From Lama guanicoe (taxonomy: Eukaryota), in the NCBI GenBank assembly GCA_013239625.1, contig MU053376.1, forward strand, positions 396,833 through 460,832: DNA of 64,000 nt. Reading direction: 5' to 3'. The translations under genes were made by a program, and so were the position numbers. Shown in pieces: positions 36,094 to 48,067 of the stretch (its first letter is position 1; each line of letters opens with the position of its first letter). The notes under the pieces were generated by a model. The model worked only from the letters and a program-made list of their open reading frames with translations, was not told where the DNA came from and made no database searches.

Positions 36094-37859
36094 AAAGAAC
36101 AGTTACCTTGGCATCGTCACATCATTCTTCCCTTAGCCAGAAAAGAAAGGTTCCGGAACATTCTCTATTTCATATCCCTTTCTTCCCACCCCTCCCCCCA
36201 GCCTCACCAGCTTTTCCTCCCTCATTACTGAGACTCAACTCTGGCTGAATAATCCACTTTTGTATAGTACTCTGCAGTTTTCAGAGTGCTTTTGCATACG
36301 TGATTTTATTTAGTTCATGGTAAGCGGTGTATTTCATCTTTAAAACAATCCTGTGAGCCAAGGATATTTTTTCCCATTTTACAGGTAGGCAAACTAAGTC
36401 TTAGACAAGCTCACAGGCTGTCCATGCTCAAATAGCTAGGAAGTAAAATACACAAGGACTCAAAGCCAGGCTTCCTGACACTGAACCCACCCACTGCTTT
36501 CTCTGCTACTTGGCATTATCATGTCCAAGTTCACATCCCGGGAGCATGAGAAGCCTGAAGTTTATGGCCAGTTACAAACCCCCAAAGGGAACAGAGATCC
36601 TTTATTTTTATCCCTGCTGGCCCGCAGGGCTGTCTAGGCTGAAGGACCATACACACGAGATACCTGCAAAGTGTCAGGCTTAGGTGATGTGGAGAAACCA
36701 CAGAGAGACCACAGGCCCACAAGGATGTGTATCTGCTAAAGTACCACTCCATAATGGCCAAGGCCACAGGCATTCAGGCCATCGGACAATCCCAAAGGAG
36801 CACTGCCAGGAAAAGCCTGAGGACCCAGACAAACTGAGCCTTCCTCAGCCCAGTAGGCCCTGTGGGCCTCCCTCACCAATATTTCCAGGGAGAGGGAAAT
36901 GGACAAGCTCCCTTCTGGCCAGGGCTGAGATGTGATCAGATTCAGACTAATACACACCCATGCACACTCAGCAGTAAATTCAGAGCCACAGAAGTCAAAC
37001 TCTGGGCTCACCCAAAGGCCAAAGGAGAAGCCGCCACAGCTTCAGTCCAGGGCTCCGGCTCAAAGCCACCATGTCCTCAGACTCTGGCTGCCAGGCAGAG
37101 CTATAAAATGTGCCTCGACTTAATTTTTCCATGGACACAACCCCAGATGGGACCGCCAGGCCTCATAAGCTCTCTGCTCTGGGATCCACAGCTGGAGCTG
37201 GGGAGGGAGAGTATTTGGGGGATCAGGTTTGCCACCCCCTGGACCACTTCTCTTCCAATATCTTTCCAAGGCCTAGTGCAGCAAGAGAGTAAGTTTTCAT
37301 TCAGCGACTGATACAGGGTTGGAATTCAGTGCAAATTACTTACATCTGCTTGGCCACCACCCAGACAGTCAGGTAGTAGAGAGAGAGGAGGGGCAGTGCT
37401 GGCCCACTTCTGGGAGCCTGAGTAGTTGTGTGCTAAGGAATCTGGTGCCATGCTGGGACCAGCCTGCCCAGGATATGGGGGAAAAACCTCAGGGCAGCTG
37501 AGACAATAGAGATTCCATCCCAGGGATGGCTGGTGGGACTGGGGCAGGGAAGCCACAAAGACCCCACAGGCGGGTGGAGACGGAAGCAAAGAAGGTTGGC
37601 CTGAAAGAGCTGGCGCAATGGCAGAATCGTCACACACATGCCCCTTAGCCAATTCGGGTGTGTGCACTAACCTCATGCATTTGGTAACCTCTTCCCACAA
37701 CCCAGGAGCGTGCCAAGCCCCTGGGCTTCCCACTCTACCCCACCCGACCCCACCCCAGCTTGGCAGCCTCCTTTGGGCTTCCTGCTTCTGCGATTGCTCC
37801 CCAACATCAAAGCCACCGCTGTAGGAGCCGAAAATGAGAGACAAGTACAGGCCAGGAGA

Positions 37860-38880
37860 GCTGCGCCTACCCGCCCCTCCAGCCCGCCCCCCTACCCCGC
37901 CNNNNNNNNNNNNNNNNNNNNNNNNNNNNNNNNNNNNNNNNNNNNNNNNNNNNNNNNNNNNNNNNNNNNNNNNNNNNNNNNNNNNNNNNNNNNNNNNNNN
38001 NNNNNNNNNNNNNNNNNNNNNNNNNNNNNNNNNNNNNNNNNNNNNNNNNNNNNNNNNNNNNNNNNNNNNNNNNNNNNNNNNNNNNNNNNNNNNNNNNNNN
38101 NNNNNNNNNNNNNNNNNNNNNNNNNNNNNNNNNNNNNNNNNNNNNNNNNNNNNNNNNNNNNNNNNNNNNNNNNNNNNNNNNNNNNNNNNNNNNNNNNNNN
38201 NNNNNNNNNNNNNNNNNNNNNNNNNNNNNNNNNNNNNNNNNNNNNNNNNNNNNNNNNNNNNNNNNNNNNNNNNNNNNNNNNNNNNNNNNNNNNNNNNNNN
38301 NNNNNNNNNNNNNNNNNNNNNNNNNNNNNNNNNNNNNNNNNNNNNNNNNNNNNNNNNNNNNNNNNNNNNNNNNNNNNNNNNNNNNNNNNNNNNNNNNNNN
38401 NNNNNNNNNNNNNNNNNNNNNNNNNNNNNNNNNNNNNNNNNNNNNNNNNNNNNNNNNNNNNNNNNNNNNNNNNNNNNNNNNNNNNNNNNNNNNNNNNNNN
38501 NNNNNNNNNNNNNNNNNNNNNNNNNNNNNNNNNNNNNNNNNNNNNNNNNNNNNNNNNNNNNNNNNNNNNNNNNNNNNNNNNNNNNNNNNNNNNNNNNNNN
38601 NNNNNNNNNNNNNNNNNNNNNNNNNNNNNNNNNNNNNNNNNNNNNNNNNNNNNNNNNNNNNNNNNNNNNNNNNNNNNNNNNNNNNNNNNNNNNNNNNNNN
38701 NNNNNNNNNNNNNNNNNNNNNNNNNNNNNNNNNNNNNNNNNNNNNNNNNNNNNNNNNNNNNNNNNNNNNNNNNNNNNNNCCCTCCCCTCCTGTCCTCTCC
38801 CCTCCCCTCCCTCCATCTCCCTCTCTCCCTCCCTCCGCTGCCAGTGCGTGGGGGAAACAGAAACGCGCTGGCGTCAAGTT
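37860..38880 (-). promoter_or_regulatory. PIK3C2B: Probable PIK3C2B GC-rich promoter / non-coding first exon, mostly hidden in an N gap (37902-38779)
   Basis: Both gap flanks are C-rich with GC boxes (ccgccc) and CpGs; lies about 20 kb upstream of the ATG exon, which has a splice acceptor and so needs an upstream exon. Confidence 0.55.
37902..38779. other. Assembly gap (N)
   Basis: N run with GC-rich flanks. Confidence 1.
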
Positions 38881-41800
38881 GTGCTTTAGCAACCCAAGAG
38901 CCAAAATTTCCACTTCCCACTTGCGTGAGGGTTTTTGCAGATGGTCGTTACTTTTCCCTGCTGGGACCCCCTTTGTTCTGTGTCGGATGAATGCCAAATC
39001 ATTCTGCTGGAAATCAGAGTTTGGACGTCCAGTTATCGGTCTGGAGAATTTCTCCCCATCATTAAAATAGCGACGCCCGGAAGAGTCCCCACCTTGAGGA
39101 TGCCGGGGGTTGGGGGGAGCGCCTCGGCGCTTTGCACACTCAGTCTCATTCGGTTTTTGTATTCGCACTAGTGGATCTTCTGATCCGAGCACCAGAAAAT
39201 AGCAATCACCAATCTGAGGGGGCAGAGGAGGTAGTAGTGCCTCCAACCCAACCATGGGAGAGAAAAAAAAAAATCTTTCATACAGTATGTTATGTTTTAA
39301 AAATAGACTCTAAGTGCCTTTCCATGAGCAGTGGTCTCCAGGAGAATTTTTCAAAGGGCTCCAAATCAATAGTTGACCAGCTCTTTTTCCGTTTGATTTG
39401 CATAATAACTTCGATCTCAGATCCCAAAGTACATTTTCCTCAAAACTTGAACCTTGTTCTCTCCCAGCGCCCTTCTTTCTTGCCAGGCTATGATTGACAC
39501 CTGGTTCTCAGCCTCCCTTCTCTGCAATCCCCTTCAGGTATTCAGATATTCAGGCTTAAGACCCAGACTCCTTCAGATGCCCACGACTCCCTAACCAGGG
39601 TTCCTATGGACACATCTGCCAACCTGCCCCTTCCCTGGTCTCAAAGCAATATTTATTGAAATGCTACTATTCCAGGCTGTTTTGGGTTCACTGGAGTTTT
39701 GGGAGTTTTTTAAAGGGTGTCAGAAAAGCCTTTTTAAAAGACAAGGGGACTTTAATAAAAGTATAAAAGGGGACTTCAACAAAAATATGTATAAAAAAGA
39801 TAAAGGGGACTTTAAAAATTTTCCCACTAGTATGAAACTTCAACAAACCCAAGTCTTAGATTCATTAGAAAATTGGAGGAAACTACAGAGCTCACTAAGG
39901 ATCTCTTAGGAGATTGTTTTGTCCTCATATAAAATGAAATCTGGGCAAACGCAAAGGACTCTTAATTGCAGGCAACCTTGAATGAGACAATGGGAGGAGA
40001 AGCTCATGAAAGAGACCTGACAGAGGCTGTTACTTCTCCACCCACCGCACTGTGACCTTGGGTAGTCCACTTTGCTCTCCAAGCATCAGTAATCCTATCA
40101 GCTTCGCTTACAACTCTGGACTGTTGTGAAGGTCACAGGAGAGAAAGTAAGTGGACCATTTTGGTGACCGCAGACAGTGTGCTCTGCACGTGTCATGATG
40201 TACACAAGATCCTACTCCTGACCTCCAGGCACCGCAAGGGATGAAAACATGCCTGCATTCGCTCACTGGTTCCCTGCTGATCACAACACAAATCTTTGTG
40301 AACAGAGTAGCCCAGGGGCCATCAGTGGTCCAATGTTGCTGGAGTGAGAAGTCTTCAGTGGAGAGCAAATGGAAATAAGCCTGTCTGGGCCACTGGGTTG
40401 AGGATCATAGCAAAGCCTTTATAAGGCATTTCGGTAGGGAGAAATTGTTGCATTAGAAGAGAAACCAGAAACCAGAGCATGGCATGTCAGAAAGTTTAGA
40501 TTTTGTCCTGTAAGTGACAGAGAACCCAGGGTGTAGACTGAGAGTGGTGTGGTCAGTGACCTGTGATGTGGCATATTACGCAGGAGGATTTGGAAGGCAC
40601 ACTGTCTTCTTACCCCAGCAGGTCCAGTCTCACTCTGGCTTCCTAGTAGTGGTGGGCCAATGGGGATCCATGGCAGGGGAGTGGGAGGTGGGAGGTCAAG
40701 GGGGTCTAGATATTTATTTCTCAGGGATTCTTCTCTGTGGGGTCACTATGGGCTGCCTGCCACACTCAGCTAAAGAGCACAGCTTCCCTCCAGGTGGTTG
40801 CCCCTCCCTCTCAGTCCCTCTTCCTCCCTCTCCCTTTCCCTCCTGTCTCCTAATTTAGATAATCACTCACTCTCTTCCTTCGGCTTTCCAGCCAGGGAGT
40901 GGAAACCCCTTTCCTGCTGGCCCCAGGGTACTGCACACTCTTTTTGTGCCTTTCCTATACCCTACCGGCCTTTTGTAAATTATCTTTTCAAATTGGAGTG
41001 TGCCATTTGTGTCCTGCTAGGTTAGGAGTACTGGCTGGGAGTTCAACAAGGAGGCCATGGCTACATTCTGAGTGTGAGATCAGAGAATCTCAAAGCTAGG
41101 GCAGTGGGGGTGAAAAGGCAAGGGCATATACAAGAGACAGGAAGTCAAATCAACAATATTTGATAATGTATTGAATGTAGGGATCGTCAGTGGGGTGGGG
41201 AGGAGGAATCTAAAATTACTCCCCACTTGGTGCCTGAGGAATTGGTGGCACGTGGTGCTAATTACTAACTGAGGGGCGGAAGTAAAACAGGGCCCAGGTG
41301 GGGGCAATCATGAGTTTAATTTTGGGCATGGATTTGCAGTGTCATGTTCAGGTAGGGGTGTCTAGTAGGCTGTGGATTTATGAAACTAAACTCAAAGTTA
41401 GAGGTGTGGACACGTGATGTGAATTTTAGACTCTTCAGTTTAGAGATGATCAACGAAGTTATGGGCATCTGTGAGTCCCCCAGGGGGGCACTTAGAGGAA
41501 GGAAGAGGCCTGCAAAAGAAATCAGAAAGAAACAACCAGGTTGATGGCAGAAAAACTGAGACCCTAGAGTGTCAGAAAGGAGGGAGAAAGTGTCTGAAAA
41601 GAGTGATGGGAACATAAACACAGCAGAGACATCCAGGAGGGCAGGGCTGAAAAATGCCCTTTGTGTTTTTGTTTTTGTTTCTGATTTTTAATTGAAGTTT
41701 AGTCAGTTACAATGTGTCAATTTCTGGCATAATGTCCCAGTCATACATGTATTTCTTTTCATATTCTTTTGAAAAATGCCCTTTGGATTGACAAGAAAGT

Positions 41801-43186
41801 CACTGGTGTCTGTGGTGTGAGAACAGTCATAGTTAAACTTTGCTTGGCATGGCACCCAAATCTGGGTGATGGGTGTGTTTCTTCAGGGGCACCTGATCCA
41901 CAGAGGGCGGTCAACGTGTTAAACCAGGCTCTGGTGGGTTAAGAGGAAAAGAGACATGTGAATATAGGCCACTCTTTCGAAAGGCATAGCAATTAATGGG
42001 GAGGAGAAATATAAGGCAGTGGATGGGGCAACGCAGGATCAAGAGGAAGACTTTTTTTTTCTATTTCAAATGGGAAAGGCTCATATGTTGAGGGGGACAC
42101 CAAGGAGACAGATGATTAATGAAAAATGTCCCAGAGGAGATGGGATCCAGGCATATGGGGGTGGAGCTGCCTGGGATGTCTTTAAGAGGCAGAGCAGAGG
42201 CAAATGCATTTGTGGACTGGTAAACCTAGAGGTTAGACTTAGAAGGGGTTGCTACCTGATAGCCTCTAAGCAAATCTGAGAGAGAAGGGAGGGTTGAGGG
42301 CTTAAGTGGTTAAGGTTAAAGTAGCCACTGAAAGGAATGAGATTGGTAGCTTCTTAAGAGAGAAATAGAATCATCTGCAGAGTTGAAGATATGGCTGGGT
42401 CAGATCTTCTGACATGTAGTGGCCACAGTATGGATATTTTCATCATTTTCATTTGCAGCTCGGGAAGCCCAGGTGCAGAATGTTAAATCAGGGTTGTGGT
42501 TGCAGGAGAAGGACAGTTGAAGGATAAAGGGGAGAGAGGGTTCCAGGCAAAAGAGGAGACGCCGAAGGAGGGACCTGCAGCTAAAGAAAGGATGTGAATC
42601 TTGAAGAAGGGGGAATCGAGGCACTGAGCTCTCTCTAGTCTTCTCCTCTTCCAATCTTTTCCCCAACGTCCCAGTCAGAGTGCTCTTTCTGAAGCAAGCA
42701 TCGGCTCCCCTTGCTTAAAACTGACCAGCCTATAAGCTCCGCGAGGGCAGGGATTTTGCACCTTGGTTTTTAAACTTTTGTATTCCCAGAGCCTGGAACA
42801 GTGCCTAGCACATAGCACCTGCTCAGTGAGATTATCGACTGAATGGGTGGCTCCAAATAGCTCTAAAGTTCAAACTCCTTATGCCTACAAGCTCTCTTGC
42901 TTTTTGCTCTAGCATCTGAGGGCAGGGACTTGGTCTTGTTCATCCTTCTGTCCTCAGGGCAGCACCTGCTATAGCGTAGGAATTCAATCCATATGTGTTG
43001 AATTGAAATCCTGCCTGCATCCCATTGCAAACTGCATCCATTGGCCTCACTGAGCTCCTTGCAGTTCCTAGAAGACAAGCTCTTCTCACCTAGGGGCCTT
43101 TCTGCAGGCTTTTCTCACTGCCTATAAAGGGCCTCCCATCCTCATCCCCCTCCACTGCCGCCCTTCCCTTCGTGTGGCTTTCTCCC

Positions 43187-43697
43187 CGGTAAGCAGAATA
43201 ATAGCTTCCCAAAGGAGGAAACGCCTGCTTCCTAATCCCCGGAGTCTGCGACTATGTTATCTTGCATGGCGAAAGTGCTGTGTGGCTGTGATTAAGTTAA
43301 AGACCTCGAGGTAGAGAGATTAGCCTGGATTATCCAGGTGAGCCCAATCTAATCACATGGGTCCTTAAAAGTGGAACACCTTTTCCAGCTGAAGTTAGAG
43401 GGAGGTATGCTGACGGTAAAATGGTAAGACAGATACAACCCTGCTGGCTCTAAAGTTGGAGGATGGAGGTCCTGAGCCAAGGAATGTGAGAGACTTCTAG
43501 AAACTGGAATAGGCAAGGAAACAGTTTCTTCCCTAGAGCCTTCATAAAGAAGCAAAACCCTGTTGTCAACTTGATTTTAGCCCAGTGGGACCCACGTTGG
43601 GCTTCTGATCTACAGAACTGTAAGATAATAAACTTGTATTGTTTTAATCCATTAAGTTTATGGTAATTTGTTACAGCAGCAAAAGCAAACTAATACA
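43187..43697 (+). mobile_element. MLT1-type (MaLR) solo LTR
   Basis: ggtaagcagaataat...agattagcctggattatccaggtgagcccaatctaatcac...gtaatttgttacagcagc...aactaataca. Confidence 0.85.
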
Positions 43698-46106
43698 CCC
43701 TGCAACTGGTTTTTCAAGAAGCTTCCCTAGAGGGCCTCCCAAGGATGTCTAGGCACCCCTGAAAGCTGCCCGGGCTGGCAGCAGTAAGCATGACGGGTTG
43801 TGATGGCTTGTTCACTGTTTTTCTGAATTGGAGCAGGGACAGGGGAAGTGGGTAACTGGGCTATAAACTCCTTAAGGACAAGGAACTCTGTGTTGGGTTT
43901 GCCTTTGAATTTCTATCCTAATTCATTGCCTGATGCAAAGCTGATGCTCAATAAATACTTGGTGAGTCAATGAACAAAGACCTGGGTTTAGTTTATAGGA
44001 AGAGAGTGACTAGGCTAGACAATGGGGCCTGAGAATTTAAGATTTTAGTGGTAATAACGAGAAGTGGGTTATGAGTCGGGGAGCAAGTGGTTGAAGAGGA
44101 TGGGAGGAGAGGGTGGGTGACTGTTTATCTGCACTGTGGTGTCTGGGCTCTGCTCTGGGTTAGGGCTAACCTGTAAGACAAGTTCAAGCTAAAACTGAAA
44201 AAGGCAATGTTTGTACCATTTTCATTTTACAGTCCTTCAGTAGATTTTCTTCAAAAAATTCAAATATCTGTGAAAGATGGATGTTGGAAACGCGGTAAGG
44301 GTGCCCTGTAAATATTTGGTGGTTAGACTGTTGTCTTCAGTCCCACTGATCTTGCTGCTTTGGCATCAGTCCTGCTTCTCCCCTCTGTCTTTTCAATGAT
44401 CCAGGATATTTGAGGGCTGCCTTGTTCAGGGAGAATTTATCCCAGGGTCTGACCTCTAGGTGCTGTGCAAGGTTCCTGGGCTGCTAGCCTTGCTGGGTTC
44501 TCAGTGGGAAGGGTGGTGGGAGAGAGATTGGAGTGCCCACTGGAAACCCAGGCTAAGCATGGTTTGGAGTTAGGCCAAAACACAAAAGGAGACTTTTCAG
44601 AACAACTTCTGTGTACCACACGTCTTCCCAGTACCTTGTAACGGTCTCAGCTCCAAAGACTATACAGTGTTGGTGAACCACTGAATTTCTGAGTAGGCAG
44701 GTACACTTGGCTTTGGTTTGGGGACCCCGGGAAAGCTTCTCAAAATGACCCACGTAAATTCTACCGTTGTAGATGTGTTTCCTGGCTCTACAATAAAATT
44801 GTATTCAATGAAGACTAACCCTGTACTAAATATTCAGCCAGGCTCCACTGTGGAACTCTTAGTATCAGGAAGACAAGATCTCAGCATCCAAGGATGTACC
44901 CCCAAGACCCTGTGAAAACAGGAACCAATCCAGGGTGCAACCAACTTAGACAACAAAGCTTGCGGGCTGGAAGGGGAGTGCAGTGCGCTGTGTCAGGGTC
45001 CAGAGACGTAACAAGTGGGGCCTGAGAACTGCAAAGATAACCCTTTCTTGCTCCACAACCTTTTCCATCTCTGATACAGAGTTCCTGGCGATTTTCAACG
45101 ACAAATGAGTCTGATGAGTAGGCGGACAAAAGAATCCCTTTAAAAATTAGTGGGGGACAGGGAGCAGCCCCTCAGAGTGAGCTGGGAGGCTGCCATCCCA
45201 GGCTCCAAGGGGGTTCGAGTCCTCAGAAATGTCCACTGAATAAAACATAACTCTCAGAAAAAATTAGTGGGGGATACTAACTACTATATATAAAACAGAT
45301 AAACAAATTTACACTACATAGCACAGGCAACTGTATGCAACATCTTACAGTAACCTACAGTGAAAACGAATATGAAAAGGAATGTGTATATCTGTATATG
45401 TATGATTAAAACATTATGCTGTACACCAGAAATTGATGAAACGAGGTAAACTGACTATACTTAAATTAAAAAAAAAAGTTGTAACAACAACAGCAAAATT
45501 AATGGGGGAAATTAAGCTTAAGAAATAAGGCAGGGCGGGGGAGGGGGGTAGTGATGGGCCGAAATCTAGAATCTATGAGTTTAGCCTGCCTTCTAGTGGG
45601 AGAATTAGGTTCAACAGTCAACGTGAGTGAGAAACTCGAAGAAACACTCAGAAGAATTCATGCTAAATAAGGCGCGAGATAGCACTCCGGGTGGTGTTTG
45701 TAACGCAACATAGAAAAAGACGGATTCAGTTCATGCTTGCTCAGGTGGGACTTTGCAATGTTAATAAGCCAAACTTTCAGTGCAACTTTCGAACTTTGCC
45801 GTTGCCTTTACGATAAAATTGTTCTCCTTAGCCTGAAATAAACCCGATCAGCTGTCTCCAACTCGGCACTTCCTTTCTCTGCCTTCCTCCATTCCAGCCA
45901 GATTAATTTATTCACTATCCCCTAACCACAGTTTTCACTCCCCAGTTTCCTTCCAGATTTACTCTTTTCCTTCCCACTGCGCCTAGCTCACTGCTGTGGA
46001 AACAGTGGGGACTCAGTAAGCAAGTTATGAGTTAATCCCAGTCTATTTAAACAGCTGGTTTATTATCCTAAAGGGAAGGGAATATGATGTAACAGAGACA
46101 TTGGGC

Positions 46107-46137
<31 letters not shown>

Positions 46138-47642
46138 CAACCTTGAAGTTCCCTTTGGGGACGCTGGACAGACACCATTTCCCTTAATTAAAAAAAAAAA
46201 CCAAACAGGTATATATTTTCACATCTCATTCGTACAAACTGAACCAGTTTTTTCTTATCTAACACATGGGTGCTCAAGAAATGTCTGAATAAATACGTAT
46301 CTGTCTGGCTCATTACAATTCCCTCTGTACACTTCTGACAGTTATTTGCTGAAACTCAACTCTGGTGATGTATTTTCCTTGCTGAAAACTCAAGGACCCG
46401 TCCTCGTTTTATAATCTCTGCCTTTCTGTCCATTCTCATCCCCTGCCACTTCTTGTTCTTGAATTCTTATTACTGCGTTTATTACTTTGTTTATATTGTT
46501 TGCTTAAATGTCTGCATTCTTTTCCAGACTGTGAACAGAATATCTGACTCTATAGAGTCAGCACAGAACCTAAGCCATAAGAGACATCATGTGATCAATA
46601 AATGTTTGTTCATTTAGATTCATTTACAGGTCATCTAATCAATTTCCCTCATTTTGTAGGTGTGGAAACCCGGACCTGTTTGGGATCACACAGCTTGTTG
46701 GTCTTTATTCTAAAAGAATCAGACAATTGTAGGAAACAAATCCCTCCAACTGAGACTGGGCCGTTTTGTTCATTGTGTTCAGAAGCCTCAAATTCCCAGA
46801 AGCAAAAATGAATTCCCTTATCAGTCTTTGAAATTTCATAATCCTGTGTACCACACCCTGTGTGTCAGGGTTGATGAAACTGATTTTAGGAAAAACTAGG
46901 CTGATCTGGAAATATTTATTCTTAGTACTCCATGTTGCTTCCACTGGTACACACTAATATTGCTGCAGAAGGATTCATCTTGTGAGTCTGACTTTAGGAT
47001 TGCAACTTGCCTGGAAGAGGGGGAAAGGCAAAATCCAATCAAAATCTAAATTAAAGGTCTAAACTCCCTTTCAATTTAAAGTCAGACCCAAGTTTCCATA
47101 GTCACTTCTGTTTTTCTGTATTAGCTCCTCTATTCATGAATCAAATTTATCTTTCCTTCTTTTGTGCTAAGGAACACTTATCTAACAGCTACCTCATCTA
47201 ATGAATGGAAATGTATTGTTCACCAAAAATATGGGGAAAATATGTAATCTGGTTCAGTAGAATAACTAAAATTAAGAGGTCCTATCAAGGCAGTAATCAA
47301 TGGAAAATAGAAGAATTGTAATAAAAAGAGGTTGCAACTCTGTCTGAATTTTTAATACTCATTTTGGTTGCCCATTTTTCTGTAATTTACTCCCGCTTAG
47401 TTTGAGAGAGCTTAGTAGATATTGGAATTTATCAAAAATGAAATATGAAAGAGCTTAAAGAATACATGTGTTAAGTAAATGAAGAAAAATATAGAAAAGC
47501 GAATGTCTGTTTTCATCTTGCTGAAAAAAACTCTAATACCAATTAAAATTTAGATTTAATTTGCTTAATAAGCCGTTAGAATATGCTTGAGAAGCAATTA
47601 GAATATTATCAAGTGAAAGGAGAAAAGATACCTAAAGAGGGC

Positions 47643-47715
47643 GCCCGGATAGCTCAGTCGGTAGAGCATCAGACTTTTAATCTGAGGGTCCAGGGTTCAA
47701 GTCCCTGTTCGGGCG
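47643..47715 (+). tRNA. TRK-TTT: tRNA-Lys(TTT), tRNA-Lys3 type
   Basis: GCCCGGATAGCTCAGTCGGTAGAGCATCAGACTTTTAATCTGAGGGTCCAGGGTTCAAGTCCCTGTTCGGGCG, 73 nt, intact A/B boxes, T5 terminator at 47727-47731. Confidence 0.98.
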
Positions 47716-47994
47716 TTGCTTCTTCCTTTTTCATACCTTCGTAACCACGTACCAGACAAAAATTCCAATGCTGCAGCCTCGTTCTATTTTATATCGAATT
47801 AATTTCATTTTTCATTAATTTCAAAATATGCTAGATAAACATTCTCAGGGGAGGAAAAAAATGGCTACGCAAAATCACTCAACTTTTGGCAAGTGTGGAG
47901 GTTTTGCACAGTGGTTTCCCAGCGAGAAGCAGTTTTTTTTTCCTTCCGATTCCTAATCATTCAGAAAGAAAACAAAAAAAGCGCTGAAACTGAG

Positions 47995-48067
47995 CGCCCG
48001 AACAGGGACTTGAACCCTGGACCCTCAGATTAAAAGTCTGATGCTCTACCGACTGAGCTATCCGGGC
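47995..48067 (-). tRNA. TRK-TTT: tRNA-Lys(TTT), identical copy on the opposite strand
   Basis: Exact reverse complement of the 47643-47715 copy; T7 terminator (A run 47974-47980 on +). Confidence 0.98.

Noticed and set aside
37326..39255. Long ORFs of 342-496 aa
   Set aside because: They are made mostly of X from the N gap.
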